DNA from: an uncultured Elusimicrobia bacterium
GTDB taxonomy: Bacteria; Elusimicrobiota; Elusimicrobia; 2-01-FULL-59-12
Assembly: GCA_963702895.1 (NCBI GenBank)
Contig: OY969767.1
Coordinates: 704,001 to 768,000, forward strand
DNA: 64,000 bases
Direction of reading: 5' to 3'
Positions within the stretch are counted from its first letter, which is position 1, and each line of letters begins with the position of its first letter. The position numbers and the translations under genes were made by a program. The notes beneath the pieces are model-generated. The model was not told the origin of the DNA. It saw nothing but the letters and a program-made list of their open reading frames with translations, and did no database searches. Positions 43,251 through 55,000 of this stretch are shown here, one piece after another.

Positions 43251-44213
43251 GTGAAAATCCATCTCCCAAACAGCGCTTTCCTTGGGAATATCGACCCCTT
43301 CTTGAGGGGTTTTGACCCTTCGCATCCCGATACTCTCCAGATCACAGCCAATGAAAGCTGGATTTCGGTTCACCCCATGGTGCTCTCCATGATCGCCGCC
43401 CTGGGCTTGAGCGTGAAGCCGGAAAACATTCACTGCGAACAACTCAAAGCAGCCTCAAGACACTATCTGGTTCGTATGGGGCTCTTTAAGCTCCTCCACA
43501 TCGAGTCCGGCATCCAGGTGACGGAGCATGAGCCGGCCGGCCGGTTTATCCCTCTGACTCCGCTCCATACCTCGGAGGAATTGTCCCGATTTATCACGGA
43601 GATGATTCCCCTTCTCCACGCGCCCCCGGAGCAAGCGAAAACACTGGGTTATATGGTGAGCGAACTGGCGCGCAATGTTCTGGAGCATGCCCGCGCGCCC
43701 AACGGGGCGCTCCTGTGCGCGCAGTATTACAGGAAGAGCAACGCGATTCGGATCGGGATTGCCGACACCGGAATCGGCATCCGAAGCGCCATCAACGAAT
43801 CCTACGCGGCCAAGACCGATCTGGAGGCGATCCAGCTGGCGCTCACCCCCGGCATCACGGGCACCACGCGTCGCGAAGGAGGGACGGAGCAAAACGCGGG
43901 GGCCGGACTTTTCTTTATCCGATCGATGGCCCGCGTCAACCGCGATTTCTTCGTGATTTATAGCGGCAGCGGCTTTTATAAACTGCTCAAGAAATCCTCG
44001 TCGAAGAAGATGGCTTTGAACGCGGACCCGTTCCGGGACAGGCACACGAAATCAGACGCGCTCCCTTACTGGCAGGGGACGCTGGTGGGGATTGATATGA
44101 CGCTCGACCAGACGGCGGAATTTTCAAGTTTGCTGGATGTCATTGGGAGAACCTACAGCCAGGCCGTCCAGGAGCGAAAAAAAGCGAGACTCCGGAAGGC
44201 GCGTTTTATCTAA
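43251..44213 (+). CDS. HATPase_c-like ATP-binding protein
   Basis: SELARNVLEHA, IADTGIGI, NAGAGL, WQGT; GTG start 43251. Confidence 0.75.
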   Translation: MKIHLPNSAFLGNIDPFLRGFDPSHPDTLQITANESWISVHPMVLSMIAALGLSVKPENIHCEQLKAASRHYLVRMGLFKLLHIESGIQVTEHEPAGRFIPLTPLHTSEELSRFITEMIPLLHAPPEQAKTLGYMVSELARNVLEHARAPNGALLCAQYYRKSNAIRIGIADTGIGIRSAINESYAAKTDLEAIQLALTPGITGTTRREGGTEQNAGAGLFFIRSMARVNRDFFVIYSGSGFYKLLKKSSSKKMALNADPFRDRHTKSDALPYWQGTLVGIDMTLDQTAEFSSLLDVIGRTYSQAVQERKKARLRKARFI

Positions 44214-44226
44214 AAAGGAGGGTGCC

Positions 44227-44520
44227 GTGAAAACCATTTCCATTATGGAACGTGCCGGGACATTCGCCGAAAACAAGGATGTCGCGCGCGCCATTCGCCT
44301 GCAGGAGATCCTCCCCGCGCTCGAGAAGAAGGAGGAGATCGTTCTTGATTTTGACGGGGTGGAGGCCGCGACGCAGTCGTTTATCCACGCGCTCATCAGC
44401 GACGTGTTGAGAACCTACGGGAGTGAAGCGCTCGACGCGATGGTGTTTAAATCCTGCAACCTCACCATTCAGAAAATCATCCAGATCGTCATCGAGTACA
44501 TGCAGGAAGGCGATCGGTGA
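44227..44520 (+). CDS. STAS-like (DUF4325) protein
   Basis: IVLDFDGVEAATQSFIHAL; AAGGAGG RBS; usual partner of the upstream ATPase. Confidence 0.75.
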   Translation: MKTISIMERAGTFAENKDVARAIRLQEILPALEKKEEIVLDFDGVEAATQSFIHALISDVLRTYGSEALDAMVFKSCNLTIQKIIQIVIEYMQEGDR

Positions 44521-44668
44521 GCTGGCGCCCGCGCCACGGGGTTGCCGCCTCTCCGGGAGGCCGCCTTGCTGGGGCACCACCGTTCCGGATGGTCGCCTTA
44601 TCGGCGGGCGCCAGCCCAAAGTAAACATTGCAGGCTCGACGGAGGGCAGGTACAATGTCATTACGGTC

Positions 44669-44875
44669 ATGATTCAAAACGCCCATCTCTGGAATGCTTG
44701 GGAGCGCGCTTGGCTCGCTTCTCAGAAGCCAAACTTCCAGCAATCCCTTCGAATCTTTGAGTCCATGCTCACCCAGGCGCGGCATTTGGGCGCCTTCCCA
44801 CCGAAAAACCCTTTGGAAGGGTTCCCGGAGAAAATCCTGTTTGTCCAGCGCCTCCATGTTCGAAGCGCTGCTTGA
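44669..44875 (+). CDS. Small hypothetical protein, putative partner of downstream nucleotidyltransferase
   Basis: MIQNAHLW...LGAFPPKNPLEG; overlaps next gene; TACAAT upstream. Confidence 0.55.
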   Translation: MIQNAHLWNAWERAWLASQKPNFQQSLRIFESMLTQARHLGAFPPKNPLEGFPEKILFVQRLHVRSAA

Positions 44876-45413
44876 GCGGCTCGGCAACCTTCTCGACCGG
44901 TATCATATTCCCTACATGATCATCGGGGGTCAGGCTGTTCTCCTTTACGGAGAGCCACGTTTTTCGAAGGATGTGGACCTCACGCTGGGGCTCGAACCCA
45001 CCCAGGTGGGGACCTTGCTGGAAGCCCTCAAATCCGCCCACATTCAACCGCTGGTGGAAGACCCGCAGGGGTTTGTGCAAACCACCTGCGTGCTGCCCTG
45101 TCAGGATCCCGAGACAGGATTTCGTCTCGACTTTGTCTTTTCATTTTCCGATTATGAGCGTCAGGCGCTCCAGCGCGTCCGCCGCACTCTCGTCGGGAAA
45201 ACGCCGGTCGCCTTTGCCTCTGTGGAAGATCTGATCATCCATAAGATGGTGGCCGGCAGGCCTCGCGACCTGGAAGACGTGAAAGGCATTCTCATCAAGA
45301 ATCCAACACTGGACAGCCGCTACCTCCACCGCTGGCTTGAAGACTTTGAAAAAGGCCTGGCCCAACCGATTCTTCATCGCTTCAAGGAAATTCAAGAATC
45401 CCTTCGCTCGTAG
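44856..45413 (+). CDS. Nucleotidyltransferase-fold protein (DUF6036/AbiEii-like)
   Basis: YMIIGGQAV..YGEPR.SKDVD, EDLIIHK..AGRPRDLED. Confidence 0.8.
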   Translation: MFEALLERLGNLLDRYHIPYMIIGGQAVLLYGEPRFSKDVDLTLGLEPTQVGTLLEALKSAHIQPLVEDPQGFVQTTCVLPCQDPETGFRLDFVFSFSDYERQALQRVRRTLVGKTPVAFASVEDLIIHKMVAGRPRDLEDVKGILIKNPTLDSRYLHRWLEDFEKGLAQPILHRFKEIQESLRS

Positions 45414-45614
45414 CCATCCCCTATCAGAGCGGGCTTTCTGACGCCGGCTCGCCGCTTCGCCCCCTCGCCGATTCGATCATCCGCACACGCCTTCCGCGTC
45501 ACCACCGATGTTCCGGATTGTCGCCCTTTCGGCCTAGATCAAAACGAGTTGATAAATCCACCACTCCTGCTGAATAAGATGTTGATTTCTAGATGCGTTT
45601 CTGATGCCAACAAT

Positions 45615-45646
45615 GTAACCCTCCCGTAACACCCATCTGTTAAAAA
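45615..45646 (+). promoter_or_regulatory. Shared promoter motif, copy 5 (GTAAC-N6-GTAAC-N8-GTTAAAAA)
   Basis: GTAACCCTCCCGTAACACCCATCTGTTAAAAA in the AT-rich region upstream of giant ORF 2. Confidence 0.65.
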
Positions 45647-45764
45647 TAAGCATAAGAATGAGAAGCAAGACCCATGAATCGAGTGGGCCAAACGGTCGGT
45701 TATTTTTGACCCTGCGACCCATCGTATTACCGTCGACGAAGAGATAAAGTTTTCTTGTAAGCCA

Positions 45765-46010
45765 CAGGGGAGAGAACAGGGGAGAAAAGGGGAAAAGATG
45801 GGAGGACAGGGAAACATGGCCAAGGGAGACGGCGACATGGAAAAAGTTCGATTAAATTTTTCTGCCCCCGCGCCTGAGCCACTCCACTCTTCGCCGAGCG
45901 ATCCCATCGACAATTCGTCAGACACCCTTTCTTCCTCAAGCCTCTTCTCCCGTCTTCTCCCCCGTTCTCCCCTGTTCTCCCGTGTTCTCCCCGTCCTCCC
46001 CTGTTCTCCC
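45765..46010. repeat. Purine-arm/pyrimidine-arm inverted repeat (GGGGAGAACA / TGTTCTCCCC)
   Basis: Purine arm ~45765-45830, pyrimidine arm ~45930-46010, spanning the start region of giant ORF 2. Confidence 0.8.
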
Positions 46011-46021
46011 TTGCGAAGCGT

Positions 46022-49000
46022 TTGATCTCGCTGCTTTTGGCCCTGTGCATGATCGTCGATCCCGTGTGGGCGACGGGCGTTTCGGACTTCGTCCGCGCGA
46101 GCTTCACGCACGACATCCGCGACATCATGATCCCGGCGAAGCTGGGGATGGTGACCGATAAGTGGATTGCGTCTGTATCGGAGTATCGGAGTAACGGAGT
46201 GCCGGGGTCACGTCAGAGCCGTAACTCCGCTACTCCGAAACACCGTGACTCCGATACTGTTGTTACCCCGATACCCCGATACCCCGATACTCCGGTACAG
46301 CCGTTTGTCGTCCTCATCCAAGACCTCCACGCCAACATCAGCGTCCAGCAAAATATCTCGGGCATCCTCCAGTTCCTCTACCGCCGCACGCGACTCAGCC
46401 ACATCTTCGCCGAAGCGGCCTTCGGCCCCTGCGATGTCTCCATCCTCCGAACCCTCCCCAGTCGGCGCGCGCAGAAGCGCTTTGAGAAAAAGCTACTCGA
46501 CCAGGCGCTCATCGCCGGCGACGAGCTCGCCGCCGCGCACGTGGGCGAGGGTCCCCTCTCACCCGTCAAGCTCATCGGCGTCGATGACCCGCTCCTGTAT
46601 CTGGCGAACGTCCAGGCGTTCCGTGATCTGGTTTCCAACGGCCCGCGGATCGCCGAAGAATGGAAGGCGATCCGGGACATTCTCATGCCCGGCGCGGCGC
46701 CGAGCTTGCGCCGGCACCTCGAGCTCACCGAGAAGATGCTGTCGCTCAAACTCGTCGATTACGAATGGGAACAGTACAAAGAACATAAAGATTGGACTCC
46801 TGGAAGGGCGTCCCGAGTCCCGAGTCCCGAGTCCCGCGTCCCGAGTTCCGCGTCCCGAGTCAAGGGACGGACGCAGAACCTGAACGGCCAGACGCGAAGC
46901 GCAGGACGCAAGACGCAAGACGCAGCACGCAAGACGCAGGACGCGCGACGCGTAACGCAGGACGCGAGACGCGTAACGCAGGACGCGAGACGCGAGACGC
47001 GGGACGCTTTATCTGAAGCGATCGCAGCGGCCGAGCGCTTCTACACCGCCGCCGAAGCCCGTAATGGGGCGATGGTGGACAATTTGCTGGATCAAATGGG
47101 TGTATCGGAGTATCGGAGTACCGGAGTACCGGAGTCACAGCGTGAAGGCGTAACGGAGTACCGGGGTACCGCAGTACCGGGGTCACATCAGAGCCGTAAC
47201 TCCGTTACTCCGATACCCCGTTACCCCGATACAGAAATTGCGCCGGTCGCGCTGGTGACCGGCGGCTTCCACACCGCCTCGATCGCTCACCGGCTCAAGG
47301 AGCAGGGCATCAGCTTCATGGTGGTCACACCCCAGGTCGACCGCCTCGACCACGAAGAGCTCTACGTCCGCAGCATGACCGAGCCGCCGCACGAAACCGT
47401 GCGGGCGGTCGCCACGTCCGGTTATCGACAGCTTACGAACCTCAAAAAGTTCGCTGTGAGCTTCGGCATGGGAGAGAAATTCGGAGAGTGGTTCAACCGG
47501 ATGATCAAGCCACAGTACATCTGGAAACAAATCAAAGCCTGGGCCCAAGATAGTTTTGATGTTCTTGTGCGTGAGGTGGCCGCCAGACTCCTCCGACAGA
47601 TCATGGACCAGCCTCAACGATTGCCTCGCTTCGCGTTGTCTCGGCGTTGGGCCCCGGCGCTGGCCGGCATCGGCACCGTTTTGGTCGCCACGCTCGCCTC
47701 CGTGGCGGATGCCGGCACGCTCCAGGCCGCCTCTTTCGCGCCGAGCCTGACGGCGGCATCCGCCGCTCAGCCGGCCTCTGATTTTCCCTCGTTGGGTGCG
47801 GCCTTCTGGCAGAGCGCCTCTGTCTTTCTATTGGTGTCCATCTTATCCATCCTTCTTGTAGCGTGGACCTGGCGATTCTTCCGCAAATGGCAGAAAGCCG
47901 AAAGTCCGCATATGGACATAGTGCATCGGCTTAGGAACATGATTCCACGGAGGTCAGTAACACCAGGCAGTCGTCCTGGTGTTAATCCGTCAGCGCCTCG
48001 TCGTGCGAAAAGTCTCCAGGCCGGTCAACCGCGGAAACCCTCCCCTCCCGCTGTTCTGCGTCTGCAGCTTGCTACTGATGTGCCAGCGGATCCCGTTGAT
48101 CTGCGTCTGAAGCTTGCTACTGATGTGCCAGCGGATCGAGGTGCAAAAGTACCCTCGGCCGGTCAACCGCGGACACCCTCCTATTCCCGTGTTCTGCGTC
48201 TGCCGTCCGTCCTTGTCATGGCCGCGGGAACGCTCTCCGCGCTGGCCGCCAGCGCCGGCAAAGTTGCAGCTCAGGGCCTCGAGGTCGCCGGCGCCGCGGC
48301 GGGCCAGGCCGCCAAGCTCGTTCAGGTCGTATCGCCGGAGGCCGTGTCGGAATACATCATTCATCCCGGCGACACGCTGAGCGAGATCGCGCCGCAGCTC
48401 GGGACCACGGTCCAAGACCTGGTTGAGCGCAACCATATTGTGGACCCCGACCTCATTTTCGCCAACGCCAAGCTCCTCTATCCAACACCGCATTTTGCGA
48501 CGGATCTTGCCGTGACGGCGTCCCAGCCGGCCGCTCAGGTCGCGGGTCCCGCCGCCCAGGCGGCCGACGCCGCGGCGCAGGCCGTCAACACGATCCCCTC
48601 CGCCGCGCAGGCGTCCAGCTGGTTCGATTCCGTCCAGCAGGTTTTCTCTCAAGGCTCGGCCGTGCTCCAGGCGCATCCCTATCTGATCTTCGGGTTCGTT
48701 GGCACGGCGATCATCGGACTGGTCTTCTACGGGATTTCCCGCTATCGCGCCCAGCGGTCAACCAGCGCCATCATTGAAAAAGCCTGGGTTCAGGCTCTCA
48801 AGAGAACGTACACTTCCGAAGCGCAAGCCAGAGAAGCGATCCAGGCTGTCCAGGCGCTCCTCCCGAAGCCGGGTCCTTATGGAGATTATGCGGAGTATGC
48901 CTCGGATGAACTCCTCACGAGCGTCATGCAGAGGATGGAGACCTCCAAGATTAGCCGAGGTGCGGATGGCCAGAACTGGATCCTTCGCGACGGCACCTCC

Positions 49001-52000
49001 AATTTGCGGCGCGAGCAGCAGGCCGCCCGGCAAGTCCGGGCCTACTACCTGGGATTGCCGCGCTACTATCTGAGACGCCTCTTCAACGCTGGGCGGCGGA
49101 AGTTTTTAAGTCCCTGGACGGAACTGGTCTCCATTGTGCCGTCCCCTTCGCCGGTCCCTCAAACGGCGCCTTCGGCAAAAGTCCAAGTGTCCGGGCGACA
49201 GGAGCCGTCGGCTGTCCACGCTTCGGTTGCCGGCGGCGAGCAAAGCGCGCCGAAAGCCGCCGCCGTGCGCTCCCAGCAGGCGGCCAAGGCCGCGGCGCGG
49301 CGGCGGCCTTCCGGTTCGGAAAAGCAGCCTAGGCGCCTCCAGGATATTCCGCGCCTGGCCGCACTCCAATTGACGGATGAAGAACAAATGGTTCTGGCCG
49401 AAGCGCCCGATCTCATGGTGGACAAGAGGACGGAAATCGATGCCGCCTACCGGCGCTTGAATGAACTGCTCGATACGCATATCCAGGCCTATGTCCTATC
49501 TTCATCAAAAAATACCTACCGGCACCTTCAGTTTGCACCTTCTAAAAAACAGCGTGCCCTCCAGCGTCCCCTCCAGCATGCCCAGCGCTTGAAGGAAATC
49601 CTTCGCCACCGCCCCCAACTTTTGCAGGAGGCAAAGCTTCTAGCACAGGCTTTAGGCAAGAACGCTCTCAACCAGAGGCGCAAGGCCGTGGATTTGGTGT
49701 TGGTGGGAAGCGCTGATTTGACGGAGGCTGCCGGGCGGCTCGAGCAAGTCGCGGCCCGCGTCGAAGGAGAACTCACTGGGGAGCTTGCAGCCGTTCAGGT
49801 CGCGGCGCAAGAGACCCAGAAAGATCTGGAAGCGATACGGCGAAGAGACGGCCGCATCCATCCATCGGTCTTAAAGTCCCTGGAACAAATAGTGCGAAGA
49901 CTTCCTACGCTCTTTGATGCCAGTTCTCTTCGCGGCGAACTGGAACATGTAGACCGCCTGAACGGCACCCTCATCGGGCGCGTCCAAAAAGCACAAGGAT
50001 TCCAGTTCCTTGCCGCCTTGCAAAGCCGGGTGAACCAGATCTTAAGGCACCTCCGCGGGATTGCCAAACTCCTCGAAGCTCTCGGTGCGCAGAAGGACCT
50101 GGCCGGCTCATGGGCTGAGTCCAGCAACAACCGGTGGCAGGCCGTCTTGGCCAGCCTTGCCCCGGCCCGCCGCATGCTCGCCCCGGTGGTCGTCGTGCTT
50201 GGGCTTGTGTTCGCCGGACCGGTCTGGGTCCCCTACGCATGGAGCGTCGTCGCCACGGCGCCCTATCTGAGCGGCACGGTCCTTGTGGCGGGCGCTCTTC
50301 TCGTTGGGGCCATCGCTGGCGTGAAGCGCTACCGTGCTTCCACGATGGTCGTGCTGGATCTGACGCCCAAGCTGTCCGGCGCGGGTGTTTCGGTTCTCCC
50401 GTTTCTCGCGCAGGCGCCTGCGCCTCGTCGCTTGGCGCGCACCGGCCTGGTGAGTCTTTTGCAGGCGGTGTCTTTTGCGTTGCCAGTGGCAGCCGGGAAT
50501 ATGGGGCCTTTCCAGACCCCCGCCCAGGAACTTCAAGACCAGGAGCTCTCGGGCTGGCAGCGCCGGGCGGACTACTTGCGCCGGCAGAGAGGCTATCTTG
50601 ACCCAAGGTCCTCCCGCGCGCAAGACCTTGCCCGTGAGTTGTCATGGGTCGAGGCACACCTTGAGGAAGTCGCGCTCCGCACGGCCCAGATGGAAAGGTA
50701 TTTGCAGGACCCTGCGCGTCTCAGTGCCGTTCATCAGCGGGAAGCCCGGCTAGAAAAACTTGCTTCCGAGCTTGCCGCGCTTGAAAAGCAGAAAGCCCCC
50801 GCCTCTCGCGTGGAAGCGCTTCGCCTGCAAATCCGCTATGAAGAGCTTGAACTCCGCAGGCTCAAGATTCCGGAAGAGCTTCATGACATCAGCCAGCAAA
50901 AGATCGCCATTCTCAAAGAAAACAAGGACGTCGATGCGCGGCTCAAAGCGCTCTATGCCCGCGAGATGACGATCCAAGCGGAAGAAGAGGCGCTCTCGCA
51001 GGCGCTTGTTGCCTCAGCCAACGCCTACGGGACATCGCAGGCGCTGCTGGAGGACCTCCAAGCAGGCCGCGGTGACGTGCTGGGTAAAGCGCTTGGCGTG
51101 CTCATCGGAAACTTTGAGCGCATCGAGAAGCTCCCCCGGCCGGAGCAGGAACGGATCCTGGCCGAGCTGGCCCAAGCGCGCGGCTGGACAGGGGAGCGGT
51201 CGGAAATCCTCCGGCAGCAGGCCATCGAGCTGCTCGAGCGCGCGCTCGTTCCTTTTCAGGCGCGCTTCCAGATTCGCCTGGACTTCTATGACCGCGCCAT
51301 GGCCCAGGCCGGGCTTCGGGAGCGTGCCTTGAACGGCCGCGTTAGTCACGCTGCGGCGGCTGAAGAGCTTGAATTCGAACGTGAAAGCGATCGTGCGGCC
51401 GCTGTCATACTCGAGAATCCCTATGCCGATGTTCTACTTGAGAAAGACTACGCCGGTGTCGCGGATGCAACCTTAACGCAGGAAGAAGTGGAGCTGCGGA
51501 ATCATTTGATCTCGATCATCGCACACGCGGAGGCCCGCTTCGACCAAGAGGTTGTGACCGGAGTCAAGCCGTCCCAAGACAGCGCCGAACTCGCGGACGT
51601 CAACTGGAAACTGGCCACAGCCCAAGGTCCTGAGCGCGAGAACCTTCTGAAGAAACAGAAGGAGCTTCAAGCGAGCATCCAGAAGCGTGAGGAGGCCGCC
51701 AAGCTCTCTCAGCGGAACAGCGAAATCAAGGCGCTGGCCGGGCGGCTCAAGCTCAAAGCCGGCAAACCCCAGGCCGAGTTTCAGCACCTGGCGAGCTGGC
51801 TGAAAGATTTGCATATCGCGGTGCCCCCTCCCGCGCCCTCCGCGGGCCTGCAGCAAAGGCTGGCGGCACTCAACCCCTCCCAAAGGGTGCAAGCCTTTTC
51901 CGAAGAGATGGAGCGCATGACCGAGCGCTCCTACGATGAAGGCCTGCAGCAGGCGATGAAGGTTTTTGGGGAAGTGTACGGTGTTGTCGTCGGCGACGAG

Positions 52001-55000
52001 TTCGATCAGAACATCGCCGATGCGCTGATCAAGGCCCTGCAATCGCCGAAAGACCAGGCTGATGTTTTGAAGGTGGAATCCCGCCTTGAAAACTCCGAAC
52101 AGAAAGAGGAACCCTCGTCCGCGCCCAAGTCCACTCCCGGCTTCTTCCCAAATCCCTTCGCTTGGCTCTGGTCCAAGATCGGAACCGAGGTGGATGCTTT
52201 CCAGGAACAATCATCGAAACCAAAAGAAAGCGCTGCCGATGCTCAAATCGCTTCCCAACTGGCAGAATTGGAGCGCCAGCTCGGCGAGGAGAAAGACAAG
52301 CACAAGAAAGACCAGCTCACCAAGGAAATTTTCGAGTTGCGCTTCATTCAGTCTCAGCGGGCGCTGGCGGGGAATGTCCGCGCGCTGCCCGATCAGCTCT
52401 CCGCGATACCGACTGAGCAGATCGGGCAAGTCCAAACATGGCTGGTCCTGGCCGGAATGCCCGAGCCGGATGCCGTCGCGCGAGGCTGGAAATACGCGCC
52501 GCAGATGAACGCGTTTCTGCGCGACTTCCAAAAGCAACGGGGCATCACCGGCGAAACCGACGCGAGCGGCCAGCCGCTCCTTCTCGAGAAGACAAAAGAC
52601 GCCCTGATCAAAGCCGTTTGGGCCGGACAGCGCCGCGCCCAGCGTACACAGGCGGACGCGCTGGCCCGTGCAGAAGAGCGCCAGAGACAAGCGCAGCTCC
52701 AAGACGAACACGCCCGGGCTGCTGTCCAAGCAGAGGCCGCCCGGCGCAAGGCCCAAGAAGAAACCACCACTTCTCCTGAGCGCGCGGAGGCCGCTGCTGG
52801 AGCCGTCGAGAATGTTGCCCGCATGAGCACGGATCTTGGCACGGGCGCCGAGGAAAGCCGGCGCGTGGTCGCAGCCCAGCAAAAGATCCCGCCGGGGATG
52901 CTTCCGGCCGTGGAGAAGCTGGTGAACCGCCTGAGCTCCCGGGCCGCCAACCCCCTGCAAGAACGGGCGGTCATTTATGAAGAGATCGTGCAAGTCCTGG
53001 CGCAGGCGTTTAGCCCGGAAGCCCTGAAGTTTGCCCTCCAGGAGCTGATCGCGCGTCATGCCAACGGGTTTTTTGCGGACGTGGCGGGGACACTGGCGGA
53101 ACACTTGGTCGGGCTCCTGGCGCTGGGCTCGTCCGTTTCTCTCGAGATTACGCAGCGCATGCTGAGCCAGACGCCGGACGTCATGGCCATCCCCGACAGG
53201 GGTTTCCGCACGCGCGAGACCCAATTCGCCGACACGAAGCTCCGGCAGTTCCAGGCGAGCGACCGCGGGTTCGACGCGAGCCAGTTGACGATGATCTTGC
53301 CACGCTTCCAGGTCCAGCTGGGCGGTGTGACGAACGCGGGGGACCGTTCTTTCTACGGCAGCCTGGGTGTCATGCTCCCTGTCGACCTGCGCGCGATCGC
53401 CCAGCGCAAGGAGATGGCGCAAGCCTATGCTGAGCTCCTCACCCGCGCGATCGCGGCCAAGAACCAAATGAATTTGGAGTTTATGAAAGGCTGCCTGCAG
53501 CTTCTGGCCTTTGAGGCGGCCATCAAGCAAGCCCAGGCCGCTCAATATGCTCAAGGGATCACCGAGGCCGAGCGTTATGCGCTCGAAGTCCAGGTGGACC
53601 TCCTTTTGGCCAGGCATGCGGAGCTCGCCAGACAACTGAGCGCCGTTTTCAAGGTGCCGCTCGAAGGCAAGGCCATGGGGAGGTTGCTGGGCGAGAAGCG
53701 TCAATCCTATTTTGATCTGCGGGAAAACACCCAGGTACTCGAGCCCGGGACTATCCAGAGTACGCTGGAGGAAGCGACGGAGGATGTGACGGCCTGGCTC
53801 AACCGGGAGTCCATCATCACGCAGGTCACGACCATCCTCCAAGGGCGCCCCGGCGTGAACGTCGAGACGCTGGGCAACAAGCTGCGGGCCGCCCTAAACA
53901 ACGCCGGCCAATCGGCGCTTATGAGCGGCGCGGGGCTCGATGAGGTCGTGCACACGGTCTTACGGGAGGCCCATTTAAATCCGCAGCCGATCGAAGACAA
54001 TAACTGGGAGATCGGTTTCACCCTCGCTCCTGCCCGCGCCGTTCCCAAGGGTTCCGATGGCAATCGCTTGGGCAGAATTCTCCTCGCGATCGGGACGAGG
54101 TCCCGGGGCTCGCTGATGCCGGCGCTCGAATGGAACGGCGGCGTGCGAGGACGCCTGGGCGCCTTCATCCACATCGATCTTATCGATCCTGCGCGCAAGG
54201 GCGAGCTGCCGGCCAAGCTTCGCGCGCTGGAGGCGGCCAAAGCGCGCGAGCGGCAGCTCGATGTCGAGCAGATGCGCCGGGAAGCCGCGTACACCTCTGA
54301 TCTTCTGGCCGGGCCCGCCGCCAGCGGCCAGGCGGCGCCGGAGCTCGTGGGTCGCTACCTCACAGCACGGCTGCAACAGCGGATTTTGGGGCCTGCTTCA
54401 GAGGCGGAACAGTGGCTTGAGACGGCCGTACCGATTCTTGAAGGGACCGCTGCAGATTCCGAATCCAGCCTGCGCGGCATCCTCGCGGCCGCGCGCAGCC
54501 GGGAAAGCGAAGCCGGCGTGTCCGCCGCCCAACTCCAGCTGGGCCTGGTCGAGAAAAAGTCTGGACGCTTCTCCTTGTCGATCGATATCGGGGCCCCCGC
54601 CGGCCCGACGCTCATCGAGCTCGCCTGGGACCGCAGCCGCTTCAAAAATCAGAACCAGATCATCGAGCAATTGCTGAAGATCCAAAACGCCCTCAACCTC
54701 GACCTCGTCGAGTTCCAGACACTGGCCGTCGTGGAAGTGCTCATCGCCGCCCACCAGTCCCCACCGGACTCCCTTGAAGCGAAGGTCGCCTTCAAGCAAG
54801 CGCAGTTCATGCTCCGGCGCCTCCTCGGCCAGGCCGCGCTCAGCCTCACGCTCTCCTCCGACACGCTCGAGGGCCTCACGCGGCTGCGCGAGGAGCTCTA
54901 CGCCCGGCAGAGGGAGCGCCAGGCCAAAGCCACGGAGCTAGAGGCGTTTGTTGCCCAGAAAGTCTATGAAGTGGCTTTACAGAACAAACCGTCCCTTCGA

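Noticed and set aside
39334..45413. Integron cassette array
   Set aside because: No integrase and no convincing attC (RYYYAAC...GTTRRRY) sites seen.
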